A DNA stretch of 42,291 nt from a virus (lineage: Duplodnaviria; Caudoviricetes), in IMG/VR virus record IMGVR_UViG_3300033402_000025, positions 1 to 42,291 of that record, one strand, 5' to 3'. The notes beneath the pieces were generated by a model. It saw nothing but the letters and a program-made list of their open reading frames with translations. It had not been told where the DNA came from and made no database searches. Made by a program: the position numbers and the translations under genes. Below are positions 33,884 through 42,291 of this stretch, piece after piece (the first letter of the stretch is position 1; the number at the start of each line of letters is the position of its first letter).

Positions 33884-34177
33884 TTATTGAGCCGGGGTGA
33901 TAAACAGAGTGCCCGCGCCGGTGACCTGGAGAACCGCCACTTCGTTCGTGGGATCGACCACGAAGTACTCCGGCTCCTTGGCGGGCAGAAACATGCTGGT
34001 AGCGGTAGCCGTTGGGCTGGCCCCAATCGCGATGTAGCAATCGACGGTTGAAACGAGCCGAATCACCGAAGCGCCAACCGCGGCCGACGCCGCCGACGCA
34101 GCGCCAATGGTCACCGTCAGCGACGTACCGGGGCTGATGAACGGCAGGACCGCGCGAGAAACCGATGCAGTTTTCAT
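33884..34177 (-). CDS. Small beta-rich virion protein
   Basis: VIRLVSTVDCYIAIGASPTAT..MFLPA..GTLFIT; ATG at 34177. Confidence 0.7.
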   Translation of the reverse strand: MKTASVSRAVLPFISPGTSLTVTIGAASAASAAVGASVIRLVSTVDCYIAIGASPTATATSMFLPAKEPEYFVVDPTNEVAVLQVTGAGTLFITPAQ

Positions 34178-34179
34178 AG

Positions 34180-34701
34180 TTATAACCAGGCGCAGATTTT
34201 GAACTTGGCTCCCGCCGGGACCGTCAGAACCAGGTTGCCAGCGGTATGGACGCCCTCGGTGACAGTGAATACGTCCCTGGTCAGCCACGCCAGAACCTTA
34301 AACTTCACGCCGGCCGTCACCGTCAGAACCACATTGGTCGAGGTGTGCGTCCCTTCGCTTACCGTGAAAGGGTCCGCGCTCGTGGCGCTGTTATCGACCA
34401 CCGATACCAGCACCCCGCCCGGCGCCGCGCCCAAACCGTGCGCGATGTTCTGCGCCGCCCCCGTCCCGGTCTGCACCGTGGACAGAAACTGCGCCGCCGG
34501 GCCTGGGTCCTCAATGGCAATCAGCACGCCGACAGGCGCCGCGCCCAATCCGTGGGCGACATTTTGCGCCGCCCCCGTCCCGGTCTGGAGCGTGGACAGG
34601 AACACCTGCTGCTTCGAGGGAAAGATCCCCTTGAGGTTAGGGTGTGGCCCGTTGGACTCGAAGGAAGGGGCGTCGATGGGGACTTTGCTGATCTCTCTCA
34701 C
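34180..34701 (-). CDS. Virion decoration-like protein with A-A-B-B internal duplication
   Basis: FLSTxQTGTGAAQNxAHGLGAAPxGVL twice, then FTVxEGxHTxxNxVLTVxAGxKFKxxAWL twice. Confidence 0.75.
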   Translation of the reverse strand: MREISKVPIDAPSFESNGPHPNLKGIFPSKQQVFLSTLQTGTGAAQNVAHGLGAAPVGVLIAIEDPGPAAQFLSTVQTGTGAAQNIAHGLGAAPGGVLVSVVDNSATSADPFTVSEGTHTSTNVVLTVTAGVKFKVLAWLTRDVFTVTEGVHTAGNLVLTVPAGAKFKICAWL

Positions 34702-34967
34702 TTTCTCTTTTTCCCCTTTCCTGGATCGACCGGGGCTTTCTCCTGGCTTTTACGCTTGGCGATAACCAGGTCGATCTCTTCCTTGGTTCCGATATACCGC
34801 TGTTCGTACAACTGCCGCGCGCGAGTCATCTGTACCTTGTTCGCCGGGTCCGGCGCGGGATATTCGTCGTCTTGCGGCCCGGTCAACTTCCCAAACGGGC
34901 GCAAAACAAAGAGGGGCGGAACTCCGCCCCTCGTAAGTCGCGCCCATGATTCTCTCCGTAGAAACAT
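34698..34967 (-). CDS. Hypothetical protein downstream of the capsid gene
   Basis: AAGGAGG RBS; basic C-terminus. Confidence 0.7.
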   Translation of the reverse strand: MFLRRESWARLTRGGVPPLFVLRPFGKLTGPQDDEYPAPDPANKVQMTRARQLYEQRYIGTKEEIDLVIAKRKSQEKAPVDPGKGKKRK

Positions 34968-34976
34968 GGGACCTCC

Positions 34977-35990
34977 TTAGACCGCGCTGATGATGTTGTT
35001 GAAGAAGAAGCCGCAGTCTTTGGCGACCACGGCCATCGCGAAAGCGGAATCGATCTCGACGCGATCCGACGCCAGGTGCTCCATGCGAAAGCTCTTGATG
35101 CGAAGCCCGGCGCCACCGGTCTGTCCGACCAGCCCGGTCCAGTTGAAGGTATAGCCGGCGCTCGGAGTCAGAAGGCCGGCATTCTTCGGCCGGTAGAACA
35201 GGGCCGCGCTCAGGCCGCCGATGAAGGAGTTCGATTCGGCGGCGCCTTCGGCCGCGGTGTTGTATACCGCGTCCATCACCAGGACCTCTTCGAGTTCGAG
35301 GATCTCCGCCATGATGCGGCGGGTGGCCATCGCCGGGTTCGGCGCAGTCTGGCCGTACTTGGTGCGGTCGATGAACTCGGGGTGATCCACGAGCTTGTCA
35401 AACACGGGGCGGCTGAAGACCCCGATGTTACCGGTGAACCCGCCGCTCGACAGGCGCATCTGCGTCTTGGCGTGGCGGATATCGGAGATGGGGCTGCCGT
35501 TCGGGTAATTCGCCGCGTCCCAGTACATCGCGTGGGTCGAATCCGCGGTAGCCTGGCCGCTCAGACTGTTCGTCCAGGCGCTGGACTGGAAGTACTGCGA
35601 GGCCCACTGATTCTCGCGCCGGATCAGCGCCTTCTGGGTCAGGAAGATCGTGGCGTCGCGGTCGGGGGCGAGCGGAGAGTCGCTGTTGGCGCGGATCTGA
35701 TCGTCCACGTCCTTGTGAAGCGCCCACACGTCGCACGTGTAGGTACCGGTCGAATCCATGTTGTAACCCGATCCGGCGGATTCCGAAGCCAGCGCGCGCT
35801 TCTGCATCTCGTCGCGGTTCCAGTCGGAGCGCTTGTAGAGCCAGTAGAGATCGCTCTTGTTCTCCACCGGGATCGCCGGAAATGCGCGATCCGCGACAAA
35901 CTCCACGCCGGCCGCCTCCTGGCTGAAAGCCACGGAGATGTTGGTAAGCGGGCGATTCACGTGAACGTCTTGCAAAGTCGGTTGAGGCAT
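34977..35990 (-). CDS. Major capsid protein (lambda gpE-like)
   Basis: VHVNRPLTNISVAF..FVADRAFP, strongly GC3-biased codons, AAGGAG RBS, position after the protease/decoration genes. Confidence 0.88.
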   Translation of the reverse strand: MPQPTLQDVHVNRPLTNISVAFSQEAAGVEFVADRAFPAIPVENKSDLYWLYKRSDWNRDEMQKRALASESAGSGYNMDSTGTYTCDVWALHKDVDDQIRANSDSPLAPDRDATIFLTQKALIRRENQWASQYFQSSAWTNSLSGQATADSTHAMYWDAANYPNGSPISDIRHAKTQMRLSSGGFTGNIGVFSRPVFDKLVDHPEFIDRTKYGQTAPNPAMATRRIMAEILELEEVLVMDAVYNTAAEGAAESNSFIGGLSAALFYRPKNAGLLTPSAGYTFNWTGLVGQTGGAGLRIKSFRMEHLASDRVEIDSAFAMAVVAKDCGFFFNNIISAV

Positions 35991-36027
35991 CTAATTCTTG
36001 TTCTCCTTTTTCGTGAGTTATACCCGC

Positions 36028-36813
36028 TTATCCGAGTTGGATGAGCGCGTAGGACAGTTCGACCACTGCCGTGCTGTTTCCCGCGGCGAAATCCGCCGAA
36101 GCCGCGTACAGGTCGATTCCGGCATTCGCGGTAATCGCCTGTCCGCCCGCCGCCGGAGCGGATCGGAGCATCAGGTCGGCATTCGCCGCCGCCTGAATGG
36201 TGGACGCGGCGACGCCGCCGGTGACGCTCAGGTCGGCGGTGGCGCCGTGATAGACGGGAGCCACTACGCCGCCGCCGGTAAACTGCACGGAGCCGTAGGT
36301 GAACTGCAACGTCATCCACTCGAACGCCAGGGCGTACCCGGCGCCGGGGGCCGCCACCAGGGGCACCGGAGCGCTGTGCAAGGTCGCGATCTGGGCCGCG
36401 GTGAGCGCCACGCGAGCCTTAAGCGTGTTCACGTAGGAGCCGCTTGGCACGAAATACCCGCCAGTAAGCAACACGGGGATAATCACGCCCGCCCCGCCGC
36501 TGCTCGCCAGAGCCCGCGCCCGGACCCAATTCCCGGCGGTGGCCGTGATCGCCCTCCCGCTGCCATCCACCATGAGCGCATCCCCGGCGGTCACGGCGGC
36601 GCCGGTGACGACCTTGCTCACGCCGAGGATGCCAACCTGACCCTCGACGCCTTGACCGTTCGGCTTGTCCTGGAGTATCCCATCCGCGACGGCGCCGGCC
36701 GCCGTGAGGGCGAGTTGCCCGGACGAGTTGGTCGTAACGAAAAGAAACTGATCGCTCGACAGATCCGCGCTCGCCGGAACACCGATACTGCGTAATCCTT
36801 GCTCGTAAGCCAT
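36028..36813 (-). CDS. Capsid cement/decoration protein (DUF2190-like) with C-terminal extra domain
   Basis: ASADLSSDQFLFV..DGILQDKP..GVSKVVTGAAVTAGDALMVDGSGRA..ALAS, followed by a further ~135-aa beta domain. Confidence 0.75.
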   Translation of the reverse strand: MAYEQGLRSIGVPASADLSSDQFLFVTTNSSGQLALTAAGAVADGILQDKPNGQGVEGQVGILGVSKVVTGAAVTAGDALMVDGSGRAITATAGNWVRARALASSGGAGVIIPVLLTGGYFVPSGSYVNTLKARVALTAAQIATLHSAPVPLVAAPGAGYALAFEWMTLQFTYGSVQFTGGGVVAPVYHGATADLSVTGGVAASTIQAAANADLMLRSAPAAGGQAITANAGIDLYAASADFAAGNSTAVVELSYALIQLG

Positions 36814-36850
36814 GTTCTGTTTTCTCCTTTGCTTGGTTGTTCCAGCGAAC

Positions 36851-37501
36851 TTACTGGCGCTCGCTGAGTTGGTAGCCCGCGTTCTCCAGTTGGCGGACCA
36901 GCGCGCCGGCGTTATGCCGCGCCCGGAAGGCTTCGTAGACCTCGGGATTGGCTTCGAGAGCTCGCGCCGTGGCCTGCTCTTTGGTGAGTCCGCGGCTCTG
37001 GCCCGTGACGTACAGGTTATCCACGAGGGTTCCCTTGTTCTGACGCGCGAACGTGGCGGCCTCGGCTTCGAGATCCTGCATACGCGCGGCGCCCTTGTTG
37101 GGGTTGACGGTCGAAACGATCATGTGACTTTCGCTCTCCTTCACTCGCGCGGCGGTCAAGGCTTCGCTGACTTCCGCGACGGACTTGTTGCTGGCCAGGT
37201 AATCGGTGGCCGTTTCCGGGCATCCCGCCATATTGCACAGGGCGCTGATTGCCTGAATGTCTTCCACGGTGCGAGACGCCTTCAGCGGCGCGGCGCTCGG
37301 AGTGAGCGCCAACGAAGCAGCGGCGGCTTTCTTGCCCTCTTCCGGTTGCTCGGCCGGCGTCGGTTGCTCTTCGGGATCGAGTTCGGCTCCGCACGCGGAG
37401 CAGAACTTGTCTCCCTTGGCCGCGGCTTTTCCGCAGGCATTGCACGTTCTGGTCTTCTGTCCGCCGTCCGTTTCTGCGGCGGCGGCCGTCAATTTTGCCA
37501 T
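36851..37501 (-). CDS. Nested in-frame scaffolding protein (Nu3-like) with a zinc ribbon
   Basis: Internal AAAGGAG-acacacaa-ATG start (MAKLTAAAA); CNACG..DKFCSACG. Confidence 0.7.
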   Translation of the reverse strand: MAKLTAAAAETDGGQKTRTCNACGKAAAKGDKFCSACGAELDPEEQPTPAEQPEEGKKAAAASLALTPSAAPLKASRTVEDIQAISALCNMAGCPETATDYLASNKSVAEVSEALTAARVKESESHMIVSTVNPNKGAARMQDLEAEAATFARQNKGTLVDNLYVTGQSRGLTKEQATARALEANPEVYEAFRARHNAGALVRQLENAGYQLSERQ

Positions 37502-38416
37502 TTGTGTGTCTCCTTTGACTGGCATTGCGGCTGACGCCGCGAGAATCGATAACGTGGACCCGCCGGCCAGCGCGTACAGCGCCTTCAGCGCGTCATCCAC
37601 CGTCCCTACTTCATCCGCTAACAGCGGAACCGCGTTTTCCGCCCAAAGCAGCCCGGCCTCAAGCGCGACGATATCTTTCGCGTCGGCCTTTCGGTTGCGG
37701 GCCACGGTGGATTCGAAGATGACTCCCTCGCGGTCCACCTCCGCCTGTATGTCGGCTTCGGCGCCTTCGGACAGCCCCTCGTGCGGATTCCCATCCACCT
37801 TTTTGGCCCCGTGGTGGATGTACTTGTACTTCAAGCCGGTTTGTTCGTCCCAGCCGGATTCATCGGTATGCAGAGCGTAGACCCCGACGGAACCAACCGT
37901 GCCGGTCCGCGTAACGTAGACCTTATCCGCCGCGCTCGCGATTGCATAGGCCGCCGACAGAGCCATGTCGTCCGCCACGGCGTAGATTGGCTTCAACCCG
38001 CGAGCGGAGTAAATGAAGTCCGAAAGCTCGAAGCATCCATTCGTTTCCCCGCCCGGAGAATCGATATCGAGCAGGATCGCTTGCACCCGCGCATCGTTCA
38101 CCGCGGCGGCGAACTGCTTTCCGATGCCTTCATACGACGTGCAGCCGCTCCACGCCGACATCCAGGACTCTTTTTTGAGCAGAGTGCCCGTAACGCCGAT
38201 CACGGCCACCCCGTCAACCACCTGGTATTCGGCTTCGTTCTCGCCGGCGGACCCGTACCGCTCGGCGAGTACCGGCGTCACTTCGCTACGCGGTACAAGC
38301 TGCGCGTCAATCCCGATCCGCGGCCCCAGCGCCTTGATGATTACCTCCAGCTTCGGAGGGTGCAGCATCAAGGGAGTGTTGATGAATCGAGATGCTACGT
38401 GAGTAAGATTCTTCAT
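36851..38416 (-). CDS. Prohead protease (S49) fused to scaffold
   Basis: LLDIDSPGG, ALSAAYAIASAAD, VGSVGV; C-terminal scaffold region. Confidence 0.93.
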   Translation of the reverse strand: MKNLTHVASRFINTPLMLHPPKLEVIIKALGPRIGIDAQLVPRSEVTPVLAERYGSAGENEAEYQVVDGVAVIGVTGTLLKKESWMSAWSGCTSYEGIGKQFAAAVNDARVQAILLDIDSPGGETNGCFELSDFIYSARGLKPIYAVADDMALSAAYAIASAADKVYVTRTGTVGSVGVYALHTDESGWDEQTGLKYKYIHHGAKKVDGNPHEGLSEGAEADIQAEVDREGVIFESTVARNRKADAKDIVALEAGLLWAENAVPLLADEVGTVDDALKALYALAGGSTLSILAASAAMPVKGDTQMAKLTAAAAETDGGQKTRTCNACGKAAAKGDKFCSACGAELDPEEQPTPAEQPEEGKKAAAASLALTPSAAPLKASRTVEDIQAISALCNMAGCPETATDYLASNKSVAEVSEALTAARVKESESHMIVSTVNPNKGAARMQDLEAEAATFARQNKGTLVDNLYVTGQSRGLTKEQATARALEANPEVYEAFRARHNAGALVRQLENAGYQLSERQ

Positions 38417-38443
38417 TCCCTTTTCCCTTTCTCCCGGCGATAC

Positions 38444-38650
38444 CTACCAGTCCGTCAGTTCGGACAGTCTGGAGACCGGGGCGGATGTTCGCCTTAGAAC
38501 GGGCATCAGCCCCTCGCCGGAAAGCACAAATGTGACGCTTTCCGCTTGCGGATCAACCTTGACCCCAGTCACCGAGAGATCCTCGCGCAAGTGCAAGATC
38601 TTCGTGATGTCCTCGTACGAAAGCTCAACCGCGCCGCGCGTCTTGCTCAT
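38444..38650 (-). CDS. 68-aa hypothetical protein
   Basis: ATG overlaps the portal stop: MSKTRGAVELSYEDITKILHL...; only the 3' part of track ORF 38444..39469 appears real. Confidence 0.65.
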   Translation of the reverse strand: MSKTRGAVELSYEDITKILHLREDLSVTGVKVDPQAESVTFVLSGEGLMPVLRRTSAPVSRLSELTDW

Positions 38651-40224
38651 ACCTGCGCCTCGCCTTTGTCGGCGTCTTCCTTGATTTCGCCTTCGGTGAG
38701 TCCCGCGTTGCGGCCAGTCAGCACCTTTCGGCCATCGGAATCGTAAGACAGGCCCTTCGCGTCGGCCCGCTGGTTGTCGGCCTGCTGTTGGGCGTCCAGC
38801 GCTTCCGCGTCGCGTCCCGTCGCCGCCACCTCCCAAGAGCGAGTGCTGAATCCATCCCGGACTGCTTTTTCGGAAGCCGCGATGTCTTTTTCCGGGTCCA
38901 CCCACGGCCAGCCGGGAGTAACCCAATGCGCGTCCTCGAACGGTCGCGGGTCTTTGTTGTATTCCTGCATCAGCTCGACGCCGAATGCCAGGCACAACAT
39001 AGCCTCGCGCATCCACCGCCGGTAGATCGGGTGGCAAACTTGGAAGATGAAGACGCTGTATTGGAATTGTTCGCACTTGCGCCGAAACTCCAGCAGGCCG
39101 GCGCGGATCGAAGAGAAACTGACGCCTTTCAGGTCCCCGGTAACCTGCTCGTAAGTGCATCCGCATCCAATCGCGAAGGCGTGCAGGCAACTCACCATGA
39201 ACTCGGGGAAGCTGCCATTGCCATCGACTGTCGCAAACTGGATTTCCTCTCCGACGTTCAAGACCGGGAAGGTTCCGGGCTCTAACTTCGCAATCGCCGC
39301 CGAAGGATCTTTCGGCTGGTTGACCGTCGTGTCGGCCTTGAGTATCTGACTGTCCGGGGTAGCCTGCTTGATGAACCCCGTTATCATCGAAGACACTTCC
39401 TTGCGGAAGAGTTCCGAATCGGCGTATTTCTCTAGCGAGTGGAGTTTCGCCAGGACGGCCGTCAACCACGGCTCGCCTCGAAACTGCCCGGCGTGAAGCG
39501 GACGATAGACGTGCAAGATGTCCGGCGCCGGAACGCGCTCCACCGTCAAGGCGTCCATCGGAAAGAAGAGCGTTTCTCCGGGATGCGCTTTCCAGAAGTG
39601 GTAAGCGGCGCGGCGGCCGTCCGGACGGAACTCAATGCCGGAACGGACGTAGTTTTCCGGCGGGATATTCTCAATCGCGTTGCGCCAGATCGGCAACTGC
39701 TCGGATTCCATCAACTGCAACTGGATCGGGACCGCCAGGCCCTCCTTTTTGGGACGCGGGCGGAATCGGACAAATACCTCGCCAGCCTCCATTACCTCGC
39801 GGGCGATAATCATCTGCTGGCCGTAAAAGTCGGTCTGCCCGGAGCATGGATTCTTCGGTTCGTACTCCACGTCGGATTCACGGGTCCATCGGTTCCACGT
39901 CTCCGTGATCTGAGCGCGCACCTGCGCATCGGGGTGCGCGGGAACCAGCCGGATGCCGCGCCCCACTGCGTTCGCCGTGAACGAATCCACCGCCGCCCGC
40001 GCCCACGGGCTATTCCGCACTGCATCGCGCGAGCGGGCCAGCAACTCCAGCCCATAGGAGTACAGGAGCGTGTTCTGCCCCAGCCGGGTGGGGTTCCATC
40101 GGTACCCGCGCCGGCCATGGCTGGCCGCATCGTACGGGTAGTTTCCCATGCTCCGCGTTTTCGGCACGGGCAGATCGGTATGCCCGGCGTGGAGAGCCAG
40201 GCTTCTCAGTGTTTCTATGGCCAT
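38647..40224 (-). CDS. Portal protein, lambda family
   Basis: YDAAS, ARSRDAVRN, GQFRGEPW, YEQVTGDL..VSFSSIRAGLLEF, WVDPEKD. Confidence 0.95.
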   Translation of the reverse strand: MAIETLRSLALHAGHTDLPVPKTRSMGNYPYDAASHGRRGYRWNPTRLGQNTLLYSYGLELLARSRDAVRNSPWARAAVDSFTANAVGRGIRLVPAHPDAQVRAQITETWNRWTRESDVEYEPKNPCSGQTDFYGQQMIIAREVMEAGEVFVRFRPRPKKEGLAVPIQLQLMESEQLPIWRNAIENIPPENYVRSGIEFRPDGRRAAYHFWKAHPGETLFFPMDALTVERVPAPDILHVYRPLHAGQFRGEPWLTAVLAKLHSLEKYADSELFRKEVSSMITGFIKQATPDSQILKADTTVNQPKDPSAAIAKLEPGTFPVLNVGEEIQFATVDGNGSFPEFMVSCLHAFAIGCGCTYEQVTGDLKGVSFSSIRAGLLEFRRKCEQFQYSVFIFQVCHPIYRRWMREAMLCLAFGVELMQEYNKDPRPFEDAHWVTPGWPWVDPEKDIAASEKAVRDGFSTRSWEVAATGRDAEALDAQQQADNQRADAKGLSYDSDGRKVLTGRNAGLTEGEIKEDADKGEAQV

Positions 40225-40228
40225 GTGG

Positions 40229-40435
40229 TTAGAACCCGGAATCGGTGAAGATGCGCACCTGGCGGATCTGAGGCGCCCCTGAGTTTTGCGCGATGTTATT
40301 CAGAATCTCGACGCGCGCAGCTTTCAGCTCCTCGACGGAGCGATAGCGCGTCATTTTGTCCCCCTGCCTCACCTCCAGGGTTTGGCTCGCAATCGCGGCG
40401 TCGATATTGGAAAGGTCGCTCGCAGTCCACGGCAT
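40229..40435 (-). CDS. Head-tail joining protein (gpW-like)
   Basis: DLSNIDAAIAS..VRQGDKMTRYRSVEELKAAR; between terminase and portal. Confidence 0.85.
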   Translation of the reverse strand: MPWTASDLSNIDAAIASQTLEVRQGDKMTRYRSVEELKAARVEILNNIAQNSGAPQIRQVRIFTDSGF

Positions 40436-42291
40436 CAGTTAGTCTCCATTCGAAAGCGGGGATTCCTCCCCGCGGGCCTGTCAGACGCCGCGGGCGGCCT
40501 CTGATTCGGCTGTATCACTGCCAGCCGGTCTTCAAGTGCTTTCCAGTGCGACTCTTGCGCCTGGTCAACGCCGCAGTCCCAACCCGCGGCGCGCGCGTAA
40601 TTCCGGCAGTCGAGAGCTTCGTTCCGGCCATCCTTGCGCCATTCCATCCGCTGGCGACCGTTCTTGAGCTTCCTGGACACCAACTGCTCGGCAGTGAGTT
40701 GCCGAAAGTGTTCGTCGCCGTAGTTCTTACCCTCGGGGAAGTGGCAATAGCCGGGCGGAAAACCGATGCCCTGCTCGCGCTCCTGCGGCGTCGGAGGCCG
40801 GAGTCTCAACCGCGAGTACAACTCCCCCTTGAAGAACGACACCGCAACGCGCTTTAACTTCAGGCCGAACTTTCGCCCGCCCACTACAACGTCAACCGAT
40901 GATGGCTGACTGACGGGAACTCCGCTTAGTCCCGCCCTATCATCGCCCTTGATCGCAGTTACCCGGTCTTCGGGCTGCGTACGCACCCAGGCGTACACGT
41001 CGTTAGTCATGGTTCCGTCGCCGGAATCCACGAACATCCGAGAAATCAGTAGCCGCGCGCCCGACTCATGCGGAAAGGTCTCATTGACAACATCGGCCAG
41101 TTTCGCCCATACGGCCGGCTCCGATGTGCGCCCCTCCAAGATCCGGTAATCGATAGACCAGCTTTCGCGGTTGCGTCCCCAAGCGACGATTTCGACCTCG
41201 ATACGGTCGCGCTGAATGTCCACGCCGGCCGTCAGAATCAGTCCGCCGGCGGGTACCGTTCCGGGCGTGTACTTCTCGCGCCGCTCGATGAGCGTCCGGT
41301 ATTCCGGGGCTTCGCCCGGCTCTTCCCATAACTCGGCCAGTTGCTCGTTAATGAAGGTCTTGCGGGCTTCGTTGTTGCCCTTGGAGCGCAGATACTCATC
41401 CACAAGCGCGCTTAGGTGCGTTCCGAGCCTGGCCAGTCCAGACACCCGGAATCCAGCTATGCCGTTGAACGGCGCGGTGGCGCGATAACTCCCGTTCAGG
41501 CTGGCGGCCCAGCGGTCAACGTCGCTCCACTCGGCACTGCACTCCCTGTTGGAGCAAACGTAGCGAGCCGACGCGCACTGCTTCCTTCTTGTAGGGGCCG
41601 CGGACTCCCACTTTACCTGGGACCACTTGGGCGCCTGGAACTCTCCGCATCGCGGGCAGCGTAATTCGTACTCGCGCTTGTCGCTCTCTTCGTACGCCTG
41701 CTCGATCCGCGAGTATCCCTTCGCGGTTGGCGTGCAGGCGAGCATCGTCTTGCGATTCCAGAACTCCTCCTGGCGCCCTTGCGCCATCGAGATCGGATCG
41801 CCCGCGCCGCCGGCGGATGCCGGATACTTATCGATTTCGTCGCAGAACAGGTAGCGAATCGGGAGGGCTGCCAAGTTTCCCGGCGAAGCCGACGCGACTA
41901 CGGAAAGATGCCCTCCAGGGAATGCTTTGTACTCGAAGGTGTTTTCGCCGCTGCGGGATTTCTCTACCGACACTTTCCCCCGCAAGCACGGGGTATCGCG
42001 CAACATGGGCGCGAGGCGGATCTTCGACCACTTTTTGCAGTCCGTGTCGCGAAACTGAACCACCAGCATCGGGCCGGGGTCCTGATCGATGGCGTAACCG
42101 AGACAGTTCAGTTCTATTTCCGTCTTCAAGGTCTGGCGCGCGACCATCATCACAATCGTGTGAACCGTGGGGTCGGTAAACACATCCATCGGTTCGCGCT
42201 GGTAGGGCCGCGTCTGCCACTGTCCAGACCTGGCGCTCGATTCGGGAGACAGCCTCCGCTTAGAGTCCGCCCATTCCGTCACCGTCAGTTT
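40435..42291 (-). CDS. Terminase large subunit, GpA family (5' truncated by window edge)
   Basis: RTPYQRE-like QTRPYQREPM, LFCDEIDKYP, CTPT, CPRCG, LTAGVDIQ, FVDSG, RNEALDC; frame is open to the window end. Confidence 0.96.
   Translation of the reverse strand, partial: KLTVTEWADSKRRLSPESSARSGQWQTRPYQREPMDVFTDPTVHTIVMMVARQTLKTEIELNCLGYAIDQDPGPMLVVQFRDTDCKKWSKIRLAPMLRDTPCLRGKVSVEKSRSGENTFEYKAFPGGHLSVVASASPGNLAALPIRYLFCDEIDKYPASAGGAGDPISMAQGRQEEFWNRKTMLACTPTAKGYSRIEQAYEESDKREYELRCPRCGEFQAPKWSQVKWESAAPTRRKQCASARYVCSNRECSAEWSDVDRWAASLNGSYRATAPFNGIAGFRVSGLARLGTHLSALVDEYLRSKGNNEARKTFINEQLAELWEEPGEAPEYRTLIERREKYTPGTVPAGGLILTAGVDIQRDRIEVEIVAWGRNRESWSIDYRILEGRTSEPAVWAKLADVVNETFPHESGARLLISRMFVDSGDGTMTNDVYAWVRTQPEDRVTAIKGDDRAGLSGVPVSQPSSVDVVVGGRKFGLKLKRVAVSFFKGELYSRLRLRPPTPQEREQGIGFPPGYCHFPEGKNYGDEHFRQLTAEQLVSRKLKNGRQRMEWRKDGRNEALDCRNYARAAGWDCGVDQAQESHWKALEDRLAVIQPNQRPPAASDRPAGRNPRFRMETN

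Larger units (their letters stand above)
84..42291. mobile_element. Temperate siphovirus-like prophage integrated in the 3' end of pyrH; right end not in window
   Basis: Integrase, excisionase, replication, lysis, tail, capsid, portal and terminase genes are present. The left boundary is estimated from the codon-composition switch near nt 84. Confidence 0.93.

Noticed and set aside
38651-39469. 5' part of track ORF 38444..39469
   Set aside because: Alternative frame inside the portal gene; only the portion from ATG 38650 looks like a real gene.
14608-40248. Long + strand ORFs (e.g. 14608..15831, 22225..23109, 27060..28685, 35076..36044, 39439..40248)
   Set aside because: They are antisense shadows of well-supported - strand genes in GC-rich DNA, with no recognisable motifs.
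6099-42291. Genome-wide amber (TAG) recoding suggested by MSGQL*MF
   Set aside because: All long genes are intact under the standard code, several end properly at TAG, and no suppressor tRNA was seen.
1-42291. CRISPR array, tRNA/rRNA genes or IS elements
   Set aside because: No regularly spaced repeats, cloverleaf or transposase recognised; intergenic gaps are short.

Overview
The window is almost entirely one GC-rich temperate siphovirus-type prophage, truncated on the right inside the terminase large subunit gene. It is integrated at the 3' end of the host UMP kinase gene pyrH (3..164), whose last 26 codons look phage-supplied. The host is probably Acidobacteriota; this is inferred from recalled protein families and was not searched. 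Left to right: a small + strand unit (secreted protein, zinc anti-sigma-like miniprotein, tyrosine integrase); a long - strand early/replication operon (excisionase, DnaB, replication initiator, DUF5131, a phage DnaN clamp, two signal-peptide-bearing fibre-like proteins, a Zn-finger/HTH regulator); a divergent switch region with two ribbon-helix-helix-like proteins and a second anti-sigma-like miniprotein; a nucleotide-metabolism cassette; a lysis cassette; then tail and lambda-like head genes. The most notable signals are virion-fibre-like proteins with Sec signal peptides inside the early operon, an RHH/RHH switch with twin ZAS miniproteins behind similar leaderless promoters, a lysis cassette with a beta-barrel instead of a lipoprotein spanin, a phage clamp with clamp-binding-motif proteins, a -1 frameshift in the tail chaperone, and several small ORFs missing from the track. 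All family assignments come from reading motifs by eye; no database search was run.
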